From: a virus
Virus record (IMG/VR): IMGVR_UViG_3300027782_000040
Strand: one strand, 5' to 3'
DNA: 64,000 bases
Shown here: one piece after another, positions 1 through 7,936 of the stretch
How positions within the stretch are numbered: position 1 is the stretch's first letter
Layout of the letters: each line of letters opens with the position of its first letter
Translations under genes and position numbers: made by a program
Notes under the pieces: generated by a model
The model's input: only the letters and a program-made list of their open reading frames with translations
The model's database searches: none
Told to the model about the DNA's origin: nothing

Positions 1-732
1 ACTTTCATCATCAACCCATACCGATACCATACATTCCTTTAAGTTTGACGAAAATTCATCATAAGACATTTGGACCATATCTCTAAATGTAATCCAACGT
101 AATTGTGGAAACTTCAAATAAAATTCAGAAATTAATTTTCTATGTACCGCTCTATCTCTACAACTGATTGCCACATAAGGTTTTAATGGTAAATTAATTG
201 GTTTAAAATCATCTCCGATAATCGGTGGAATAATATACACTAAACTTTCAGGGAAGTAATCTAAAATGTATTTTTTTGTACTTTCAGTTGTGGTAATAAC
301 TTTATCAAATCCATATTCGCTATACCTACTACCAATTGGTAATGTCTCAAACATATATTCTTTTTGTTGTATCAATAAAACTTTAATACATCTAATACTT
401 GATAATTGTTGTAATGTGTTTCCGTAATACTCGGGAACAACTAAAACATCTTCAATTTTAATTTCAACTTTATCTTCTTTGATAGATACAATCTCTAATT
501 CACTATATTCTTCACTTAACCAAGAACTAACCCCAACATAGTTTTTATCTTCAACTAAAATTTTGGACTTTCTACCATTTCTATTAAGTGTTAATGCCAA
601 ATCGTAAATGTATTTTACAGATGCTCTCGCGTTTGTTTTAGTGTCGTATGTTAAAAAATACACAACACTTTCATTGTTATTTAATCTACCTAAAGCAGAT
701 TCTAATTTTTCTATGTTTTCGTTATTACTCAT
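1..732 (-). CDS. Glycosyltransferase (GT-B/GT4-like), truncated by the left window edge
   Basis: Not in the ORF track. Read manually: ATG at 732, open to position 1 (MSNNENIEKLESALGRL...VKYIYDLALTL...DVLVVPEYY...FDKVITTTESTKKY...IIPPIIGDDFKP...ECMVSVWVDDES). GT-B-like pattern. Confidence 0.7.
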   Translation of the reverse strand, partial: MSNNENIEKLESALGRLNNNESVVYFLTYDTKTNARASVKYIYDLALTLNRNGRKSKILVEDKNYVGVSSWLSEEYSELEIVSIKEDKVEIKIEDVLVVPEYYGNTLQQLSSIRCIKVLLIQQKEYMFETLPIGSRYSEYGFDKVITTTESTKKYILDYFPESLVYIIPPIIGDDFKPINLPLKPYVAISCRDRAVHRKLISEFYLKFPQLRWITFRDMVQMSYDEFSSNLKECMVSVWVDDES

Positions 733-1006
733 CGTCTTCTATTAATATTTGATTTTTTATTAGTGTGTTAAATGCAATTTTAAATGATGTGGTTGTGTTG
801 TTTTGTGCGAATTCACCAAGTTCTTCATCTACTTGTTCAAACTCGGCCAACACTCTATCTAAACACATTTTTATAATTTCATATTTGAAAATGTTTACCT
901 CGGTAACATCTTCTCCATCCTCGTCTTTTATATTTTTTCCTGTTCTACATTTGTCTGTGACTCCGTCAAGGTCAATGTAGTAGGTTTTTCCAAAGATTTC
1001 AACCAT
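725..1006 (-). CDS. Hypothetical protein, 93 aa
   Basis: ORF overlapping its neighbours in a same-strand operon. Confidence 0.65.
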   Translation of the reverse strand: MVEIFGKTYYIDLDGVTDKCRTGKNIKDEDGEDVTEVNIFKYEIIKMCLDRVLAEFEQVDEELGEFAQNNTTTSFKIAFNTLIKNQILIEDDE

Positions 1007-1572
1007 GGTTCTTGTATTTCAGTTAATTTAGTTATTTCTTTTTTATTTGTAAAGTATTGATTATAAGTCGTGTTAAATTTAATTACAACTTTATCACTTG
1101 GACACGAGTCAACAATTTTTTTACAATCAGTAATCCAAACATCACACTTGTTCCAATTCTCATCTAAGTTTTCAGTTTTAATTGATTTAATATTGTTACC
1201 CATAAATCCATTTTTTGATAAGAAGAAAAGTGTTGCAGGTTTTGCTTTACCTAATTCATCTAAACCAACTAATGTAAAATTATGTTCTGGATTGTCAAAA
1301 ATCATTTTATGTAAATCCGTAAATGTGGTGGAATAACTCAATCCGGCGTGACCAAATATTTCAATTGGATACTCAACAAATAAAAAATATTCAAATTCTT
1401 CTTGTGATTGAAATTTATAAGAATTTAATAAATTATCGTTTTGAATTGGTTCCGTTATGTCGTATTCAAAGACATCTTCACTTTCACTATCTAAATAAGA
1501 ATCCTTATAATGAAAGTCAAATTTTTGAATTGTGTTTCTTATAACACCATCTATACTAATAAAAATTTCCAT
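928..1572 (-). CDS. HAD-superfamily 5'-nucleotidase-like protein (NT5C-like, degenerate motif I)
   Basis: N-terminal IFISIDGVIRN resembles DxDGVL; C-terminal DVWITD and YNQY resemble phage 5'(3')-deoxyribonucleotidases. Start moved to ATG 1572. Confidence 0.6.
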   Translation of the reverse strand: MEIFISIDGVIRNTIQKFDFHYKDSYLDSESEDVFEYDITEPIQNDNLLNSYKFQSQEEFEYFLFVEYPIEIFGHAGLSYSTTFTDLHKMIFDNPEHNFTLVGLDELGKAKPATLFFLSKNGFMGNNIKSIKTENLDENWNKCDVWITDCKKIVDSCPSDKVVIKFNTTYNQYFTNKKEITKLTEIQEPWLKSLEKPTTLTLTESQTNVEQEKI

Positions 1573-1612
1573 AATAAAAATATAACACATTCATAATCAT
1601 AAGTAAATAATA

Positions 1613-1644
1613 AACCCACACCATTATGATAAACGGTGTGGGTT
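1613..1644 (-). terminator. Hairpin downstream of phoH
   Basis: AACCCACACC-N12-GGTGTGGGTT perfect 10-bp inverted repeat. Confidence 0.6.
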
Positions 1645-1668
1645 CAATTATATAATCTAATAATTATT

Positions 1669-2400
1669 TTAATCGTATCTATTCAATATTTCACCAATGA
1701 TTGGGTTTCGTACAATGTCTTGCATTCCAAATTCAAAAATCCCAATTCCCTTAACATCTTGTAATCTCATTTTAGCATCAAATAAACCAGATTTAGTTTT
1801 ATCTCTAAATTTATCTGATTGTTCCAAATCACCTGATAAGAAAAATTTGGAATTAAATCCAATACGAGTTAATAATAACTTAATCTGTGATGGGGTGGCA
1901 TTTTGTGCTTCCTCAAAAACAAGGATTGTATTATCTACGTTCCAACCTCTCATGTAAGCGAGTGCGGCAACTTCAATATAACCTTGGTCTTTTAGTTCTT
2001 CTCTCGCTTCCTTACCAATAATCTTATTTAAAAGGTAATATGACGGATAAATGTATGGGTCTAATTTCTCCTCTAAACCCCCTGGAAGTGACCCTAATTT
2101 CTCTTCAGCTTCAACTGCGGGCCTAACTATGATAATCTTCTCATACTTGTTAGAATCGTCGTATAATAGGTCCACAGCACGTTTCATTGCTATGTAGGAC
2201 TTACCTACACCTGCGGGACCGAAACATAATGTTATTTGATTTTCTCCAAGAATGTTCCAATAAATTTCTTGGTTTTTCGTTAGGAACTTTTCTTTAGGAC
2301 GTTTGATGATTTGTCTTATCCTATCCTTATGTGATATCTTCTTCTCTTCTACTAATACGGGTGGGTGGTTGGTTGTTTTGGTTCTAGTTTTATATGCCAA
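1669..2400 (-). CDS. phoH: PhoH-family ATPase
   Basis: GPAGVGKS Walker A, RPAVEAEEKLGSLPG, LAYMRG, EEAQN, LTRIG, GDLEQSD, DIVRNPII. Confidence 0.95.
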   Translation of the reverse strand: MAYKTRTKTTNHPPVLVEEKKISHKDRIRQIIKRPKEKFLTKNQEIYWNILGENQITLCFGPAGVGKSYIAMKRAVDLLYDDSNKYEKIIIVRPAVEAEEKLGSLPGGLEEKLDPYIYPSYYLLNKIIGKEAREELKDQGYIEVAALAYMRGWNVDNTILVFEEAQNATPSQIKLLLTRIGFNSKFFLSGDLEQSDKFRDKTKSGLFDAKMRLQDVKGIGIFEFGMQDIVRNPIIGEILNRYD

Positions 2401-2443
2401 AATTGATAGTTTTAAAAGTTCTGTTTATTGTTTATAAATATCA

Positions 2444-3097
2444 TCAAACACCGGTAGATCCAAATCCTCCCTCGCCTCTTTCTGTATTAGATAATTCAGG
2501 AACCTCCGTCATATATATGGTAGGATAAGGTAATATGATGATTTGAGCTCCTCTATCTCCAACTTTGTATTTAATTGAGTCCAAACCATTTGTTTTCTTA
2601 AAGGTGGCTTGTAATTCTCCTCTATATCCACTATCAATTACACCAACACAATTTGATAATATTAAATCTTGGTTTCTAACTGAAGAACGAGGGAATACTA
2701 ACCCAACATAACCTTTAGGAATTTCTATTGCAATACCAAATCCATATGATACGCTAAATGATGTATTTTCAATTTCTTTTGTGATTGTTAAATCCATACC
2801 AGCATCCCCAACTTTTGAATATGATGGAATTACAGCTTCAGGAACTAATTTTTTAACTTTAACTAAAGTACCACCTCCCGTCATTGTTGGTTGAGTGTTA
2901 ATTATGTTTTGTCTGTTAACAGGGGTATTAATATTTTTTGAAACTTCGTCATTAGTAATTTCACCAGATAATTTATTTAGAACTTCTTCTAACTCACTTA
3001 AATAACTCATATCCTGACTTTCATCAGTATCGTCATTAAGTGTTTTTTCAATCTCTTCTAATTTTTTTAGGTACTGTTCTATTTCTTCTTTTTCCAT
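2444..3097 (-). CDS. dut: Trimeric dUTPase with ~75-aa acidic N-terminal extension
   Basis: GDAGMDL, FPRSS, GVIDSGYRGEL, GDRGAQ, RGEGGFGSTG motifs. Confidence 0.95.
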   Translation of the reverse strand: MEKEEIEQYLKKLEEIEKTLNDDTDESQDMSYLSELEEVLNKLSGEITNDEVSKNINTPVNRQNIINTQPTMTGGGTLVKVKKLVPEAVIPSYSKVGDAGMDLTITKEIENTSFSVSYGFGIAIEIPKGYVGLVFPRSSVRNQDLILSNCVGVIDSGYRGELQATFKKTNGLDSIKYKVGDRGAQIIILPYPTIYMTEVPELSNTERGEGGFGSTGV

Positions 3098-3098
3098 T

Positions 3099-3311
3099 TT
3101 ATTTTTTCTTTTCTTCCAACCATTTATCTAACGCCTTTATTCTTCTTTTAAGGTCATCATCTTGGGGTCTTAAACATATTTCTACGAATAAATCAGTTAT
3201 TCGAATTAATTCTTCTAAAGTAACAGAAACACCAACTGTTGTGACATACTCTAAAGCCATTTTACTTTGTGATTGACGCATAATTTGTATTTCACGACTA
3301 TAGAATTCCAT
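3099..3311 (-). CDS. Hypothetical protein, 70 aa
   Basis: In-operon ORF abutting dut. Confidence 0.65.
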   Translation of the reverse strand: MEFYSREIQIMRQSQSKMALEYVTTVGVSVTLEELIRITDLFVEICLRPQDDDLKRRIKALDKWLEEKKK

Positions 3312-3330
3312 ATCAGTTGGTGTTTAATTG

Positions 3331-3567
3331 TTATTTACTTTTGTAATACTCTGGTGTGTTCTTACTGTCAATGATACATTCAATTGCCATTTTTGCAACT
3401 GAAATACTTTCACTTGAACGTGTGTCACCAGCTCTGTATTTTGATGCAACAATGGTTGCCTCTTCTACTGATTCCGCTTCGATAATGTACTTGTACTTTT
3501 TAACACGAGGGTTTCCTTCTCTGTCCATTTGTTCGGTTTCATAACCGATTGTAACTAAATAATGCAT
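3331..3567 (-). CDS. DUF4494-like protein
   Basis: YLVTIGYE...GNPRVKKYKYIIEAESVEEA resembles the Bacteroidota DUF4494 pattern (F.CKI.YEK...G..KKV.E.YLVDA.SF.EAE). Confidence 0.55.
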   Translation of the reverse strand: MHYLVTIGYETEQMDREGNPRVKKYKYIIEAESVEEATIVASKYRAGDTRSSESISVAKMAIECIIDSKNTPEYYKSK

Positions 3568-3573
3568 GTTGTT

Positions 3574-4794
3574 TTATTTTATTATTGATTTAAAAAATTC
3601 TACTCTATCTTGACAAACTTTTTTTAATGAATATTTGTCTTTAACTGTTTCATATAAACGATTACCTAAATCTTCAATCATATTTGGATTTTCAACTAAA
3701 CGTTTCATATGTTTTGCCCAATCCTTATGATTTCTTCTTGGGTTAACTAATAATGCGTTACCGTTATCATTAAACTTACCGTCGTTAATTGCTGAAATTA
3801 AATCTAATGTATATGGGTCAGTTTCACTTGCAATAATTGCTTTCTTATGAAACCCCGCTTCAATAACTTTTAATTGTGATTTGTTAGCGTTAAATTGAGA
3901 TTCAACTAATGGTGCCAAAGACACATCAAATGTATTATAATTTGATGCATATGTTTTAATGTCCTTTGTCCACCTTCTTCTATATGATTCATTTTCATCA
4001 TCATATGGCGTATCAACAAATGTATTTAAAAAACTTTTATATTGAGGACTTAATACTTTATAATCTTCAGTAAAGAATTTTTCATACTTATACCAAACAG
4101 TTTCTGTTGGTTGAATTGAACGTTGTCTTTGTTTTCCTTCTTGGTCAATTTCAGTCACAGTACCTCTTAAGTCAAACCCACATAACACAAATTGTACTTT
4201 ATCTTTGAAACTGTTATGTGTTGAAGAAATACCATTTGACATTAATTCAATATCATGTAAATGTGATGAACCACCTAACCAACCAAATCTAATTTTATCT
4301 GACTTAATTGTTTCTCTTTTAAACTGAGGTTCATCTTCATTAACCGCATTTGGAAAAATTTCAATATTTTTTATATGTAATTTATCTTTGATGGTTTTAG
4401 TGAAAATTGGTGTTGTCGTTGTAACATAATCAACTACTTTTAACATGTCAATTTTCATTTCACCAATCTTAGATGCTTTAACGTGATGATACATTGGGTG
4501 TCTTTGATCAACAAACCACAAATCATCAATATCCATAATAACTTTAATACCTTTGGATTGTAACCATTTTATTCTTCCAATGTTTTGTTCGTGATTTGTT
4601 TGATGTATGAATGTATGAAATACGACGATATCGTAATTTAAAAAATATTCATCATTGTTATCTGCATTATATGAGATATCAACATGGACATCATCCGAAT
4701 GATTATCACCAATAAATTGGTAAGGGTCCATCATCCTAAACTTACCTACTCCGTGTTTATCCGAGGGAATTGCTAAAATTCTAATTTTTGACAT
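3574..4794 (-). CDS. Glycosyltransferase, GT-B fold (GT4-like)
   Basis: GVGKFRMMDP, IMDIDDLW, FPNAV, RFGWLGGSSHLHD, DVSLAPLVESQFNANKSQLKVIEAG. Confidence 0.88.
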   Translation of the reverse strand: MSKIRILAIPSDKHGVGKFRMMDPYQFIGDNHSDDVHVDISYNADNNDEYFLNYDIVVFHTFIHQTNHEQNIGRIKWLQSKGIKVIMDIDDLWFVDQRHPMYHHVKASKIGEMKIDMLKVVDYVTTTTPIFTKTIKDKLHIKNIEIFPNAVNEDEPQFKRETIKSDKIRFGWLGGSSHLHDIELMSNGISSTHNSFKDKVQFVLCGFDLRGTVTEIDQEGKQRQRSIQPTETVWYKYEKFFTEDYKVLSPQYKSFLNTFVDTPYDDENESYRRRWTKDIKTYASNYNTFDVSLAPLVESQFNANKSQLKVIEAGFHKKAIIASETDPYTLDLISAINDGKFNDNGNALLVNPRRNHKDWAKHMKRLVENPNMIEDLGNRLYETVKDKYSLKKVCQDRVEFFKSIIK

Positions 4795-4813
4795 TAATTA
4801 CTATTATATGTCT

Positions 4814-4844
4814 ATAATATAAGAAATAAAAATGAGAAAACAAA
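4814..4844 (-). promoter_or_regulatory. Putative host-sigma (Bacteroidota-type) promoter of the glycosyltransferase operon
   Basis: Minus strand reads TTTG-N19-TATATTAT. Confidence 0.5.
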
Positions 4845-4845
4845 A

Positions 4846-5418
4846 TTACTTTGCTTTATTTACGCCAGTGATTTTACCTTTGAATATGGAATCACCCACT
4901 TTTAATACTAAATTTTCGTTAATTGACGCAGTGGTTGATGCTGATAATATTTGATTTAACTTTTCGTCCATTACTTTACGAACTGTATTTTCAATAAGTG
5001 TGGCAATTGCCCCCATATCAATATTATTATTATATTGTACTACTTGTTTTTGTTGTGGTTGTTTTTTACCAACACCTTCTTGTTCCATTAATCTTTTAGC
5101 ACCTTTTAAGAAATCCATATCAAGTGTGTCATTTAAAGATATTTGTTGAATTGGATTCTCAATCATTGCTTTTTTAATTGCGTCAGGTAATTTAGAATTT
5201 TGTATTTTATCAACTGACGGCATTCCCATTTGTTTTGTAGAAGATTGTTGTGGTAAATCTTGACTATTCATTAAATCTTCAGGGTTAGACCTTAACATTT
5301 CTTCATTTACATGACCTCTTTCGTAGTTTCCGCCGTCTACTTTATTCATAACCTTTTTAGCGTTAACTAATTTTTGCATTAAATCGTTAGATGATATTGT
5401 TCCTTTTCCTTGTGACAT
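4846..5418 (-). CDS. Hypothetical protein, 190 aa (possible head/scaffold-associated)
   Basis: ORF with a TATTTATT motif directly upstream; Q/N-rich. Confidence 0.7.
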   Translation of the reverse strand: MSQGKGTISSNDLMQKLVNAKKVMNKVDGGNYERGHVNEEMLRSNPEDLMNSQDLPQQSSTKQMGMPSVDKIQNSKLPDAIKKAMIENPIQQISLNDTLDMDFLKGAKRLMEQEGVGKKQPQQKQVVQYNNNIDMGAIATLIENTVRKVMDEKLNQILSASTTASINENLVLKVGDSIFKGKITGVNKAK

Positions 5419-5451
5419 ACTAATAAATATTTTATTTTAATATAATATTTT

Positions 5452-6207
5452 TTATGAAAACATTAAACGCTTAATGTTTTTAATACTTTCTTGAAGTTTT
5501 TTATTTTCATCCTCTTCTGGATTAACTTCAGGTTTTTCCTGTGGTTTTGGTTGAGGAGGTTCTTGTGTTTTAGGTTCTTCGGGTGTTGGTTGAGTCGGTT
5601 CTTTCGGTGGCGTTGGTGTCTTTGTTGGTTTTGTTTGTGGTGTTGGTTGTGGTAATTCTGTTGGTGTTGGTTCCGTAGGTTCAGTAGGTTTAACTTCAGG
5701 CTCAACTGGTTGAGGTTCTGTAGGTTGTGGTTGAACTGGTTTAGGTGTTGGTTTACTAACTGTAGGTTTAACAATCCTTGGTTTTTTAACTTCAGGTTTA
5801 TTTGTCCAATCAGCAGTTACATAAGTAACACTCATAGATTTATCATCACCTTCTTTATAGTCAGGTCTTTTTTGGTCAAACTTACTATCACTAACCTTTA
5901 AATTACTCATACGACCAACCATAAAAGTTCTCCAACCTGTTTTATCAAATCCTTTTTTGGATACTGATGGTGGTTGAACATACGCACGAACAACTAAATT
6001 ACCTTTTTTATTTAAACCTAATGCAACAGCTTCTGCGTCAATTCTATTACCTGGTTTAACACTATTTTTTGCGGGTTTTCTTGGACCACTATAAAAAAAA
6101 GATATTTTATTCCTACTTTTGATTGCGTCAACAATAGGTTTTGTTTTAGTCGTCTTTAATATATTTTGTTCTTCAATAACATCGAAGAATGTTTGATTAA
6201 AATTCAT
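5452..6207 (-). CDS. Stand-alone WYL-domain protein with Pro/Glu/Thr-rich tail
   Basis: IVDAIKSRNKISFFY...R..AEAVALG...GNLVVRAY...GWRTFMVGRMSNL matches the WYL pattern; no HTH. Confidence 0.7.
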   Translation of the reverse strand: MNFNQTFFDVIEEQNILKTTKTKPIVDAIKSRNKISFFYSGPRKPAKNSVKPGNRIDAEAVALGLNKKGNLVVRAYVQPPSVSKKGFDKTGWRTFMVGRMSNLKVSDSKFDQKRPDYKEGDDKSMSVTYVTADWTNKPEVKKPRIVKPTVSKPTPKPVQPQPTEPQPVEPEVKPTEPTEPTPTELPQPTPQTKPTKTPTPPKEPTQPTPEEPKTQEPPQPKPQEKPEVNPEEDENKKLQESIKNIKRLMFS

Positions 6208-6602
6208 TATTCGAAATCAGGATATTTGTTGGATTCACCAAATTTATTTTTATTAATAACTTGTATTCTTGTATTAATATCAGTTAATGAACCAACTTGT
6301 CCGTTATCACCAATTTGTCCTTTACCAAATTCGTCACCATCTGACATAGCATTAGGATTTGTAACACCATATCCATTTTCACCACTATATTTATTGGTTG
6401 CCATAATTTGAATTCTTGTGTTAATATCAGTTAAAGAACCGACAGTACCCGTATCACCAACTTGTCCTTTACCTAATTCATCTCCATCGGAAAGTGCGTT
6501 TTTACTTGTGATACCATAACCATTTTTTTCTGAATATCTATTAATAACAACTTCTTGTGTTCTTAATTTTTCAGCGATAACTTCTAATTGTGTCTTTGCC
6601 AT
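6207..6602 (-). CDS. Hypothetical protein with two tandem 49-aa repeats
   Basis: N(R/K)YS..NGYG.T..NA.SDGDE.GKGQ.GD.G.VGSLTDINTRIQ repeated with a 147-nt period. Confidence 0.75.
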   Translation of the reverse strand: MAKTQLEVIAEKLRTQEVVINRYSEKNGYGITSKNALSDGDELGKGQVGDTGTVGSLTDINTRIQIMATNKYSGENGYGVTNPNAMSDGDEFGKGQIGDNGQVGSLTDINTRIQVINKNKFGESNKYPDFE

Positions 6603-6603
6603 A

Positions 6604-7098
6604 TTATAACATTAATTTTTTTATTCTTTGTAATTGTTCAAACAAACCCGATAATTTAATACTTGATATTGAAGATTTATGTGAATTACTTTTCATCATA
6701 TTCAACGGAGGTAAGAAATCTGGTTTTTTTGAATGTTTTTTCAAATGACTATTTTTTCTTTCTCCAGTTATCCCACCAATATCATCAGCCTGTTTTCTTC
6801 CGTCTTTTCTATTACTCACCATATCTCTTTCACCTTGTAGGTATTGTTTGGACCATCTATCCATTAACTCACCACCAGCCAAGTCATACCTAACTCTATC
6901 ACCAATTTTATCAATATTTTGTAAGTCATGTATAATTCTTTTTAACTGTCCGTATTTAACTTTTTTATCCATTAAAAGTTTCTTGGCTCTTTGTACACCA
7001 TGAACATGTGTTCCGTTAAGACCAACGATTGTATGGTTAATCTTATCTAAAATGTTCTGCGGTATATCAAATATCCTATGTTTTAAATCCTTATTCAT
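6604..7098 (-). CDS. Hypothetical basic protein, 164 aa
   Basis: In-operon ORF; C-terminal LFEQLQRIKKLML. Confidence 0.7.
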   Translation of the reverse strand: MNKDLKHRIFDIPQNILDKINHTIVGLNGTHVHGVQRAKKLLMDKKVKYGQLKRIIHDLQNIDKIGDRVRYDLAGGELMDRWSKQYLQGERDMVSNRKDGRKQADDIGGITGERKNSHLKKHSKKPDFLPPLNMMKSNSHKSSISSIKLSGLFEQLQRIKKLML

Positions 7099-7883
7099 TA
7101 TTTTTTCAAATTAACTTCGACGTCAGATAAATATTTTACAATTGTTTCCATTGATAAATTATGATTATCCATACTATTTTTTAATGAATTAAGTTGTCTT
7201 TTAATAATTGGATGTATCTCTTTTGGTTCAACTTCTTCCTTTTCCTTTTCTAAAACATCATTATCTTTACTTCTACCTTTAAGAATACTCTCAATATATT
7301 CCTCCATATACTTCTTTGGGTTCTCAACTAATCTAACTTTATCGTCAGGTAAATTTTCGTCATATCCCATTTGATCCATTCTATCTTTAGTTTCTTCACT
7401 ATCCAAACCTAAATCTTTTTCAAAATATTCTTCAGCCTCTTCGTAATCTGCGTCATTTCCCATTGTAGCGTCAAATCCAAGAGCATCTTTCATTGCAATT
7501 TCAATTAGTTCTCCTTTGGTTAATTTACCCTCTCCCCAAAACTTTGTGTAGTTTTGAACCTTGGTCATACCATAATTACCCATCATACCTTTACCCGTTC
7601 TCACCACTTCGTCACTTGTTGAATCGGAACTAACACCTTTAGCATCTAAATCCGAAGGTTTTTTACTTGTTAAGATATTACCATTTTTATCTATAATCTC
7701 ATCCACTTCTTCTTCTTTCTCTACCTTATCAGGTATTTTACTATAATCCGTCTTATCAGAAAACTCTTTGGCCCATTTGGACCACTTCTTATTTTTACCC
7801 CCTTTGGCTTTTGCATAGAAGAATCTTTGTTGTGCTTTTGATGCAAATTTCTCCTCAATTACCTGTTTTATAAAATTATTCAT
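7098..7883 (-). CDS. Hypothetical protein, 261 aa
   Basis: ORF with TATTTATA upstream; N-terminal FASKAQQRFFYA...WAKEF motif. Confidence 0.7.
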   Translation of the reverse strand: MNNFIKQVIEEKFASKAQQRFFYAKAKGGKNKKWSKWAKEFSDKTDYSKIPDKVEKEEEVDEIIDKNGNILTSKKPSDLDAKGVSSDSTSDEVVRTGKGMMGNYGMTKVQNYTKFWGEGKLTKGELIEIAMKDALGFDATMGNDADYEEAEEYFEKDLGLDSEETKDRMDQMGYDENLPDDKVRLVENPKKYMEEYIESILKGRSKDNDVLEKEKEEVEPKEIHPIIKRQLNSLKNSMDNHNLSMETIVKYLSDVEVNLKK

Positions 7884-7898
7884 CTAAATGGACTTTTA

Positions 7899-7931
7899 TA
7901 TAAATATCAAATGTTATGAAAGATATTTATA
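7899..7931. promoter_or_regulatory. Divergent pair of putative late promoters (TATTTATA on each strand)
   Basis: TATAAATA at 7899-7906 (TATTTATA on minus) and TATTTATA at 7924-7931, between divergent genes. Confidence 0.6.
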
Positions 7932-7936
7932 TAAAC

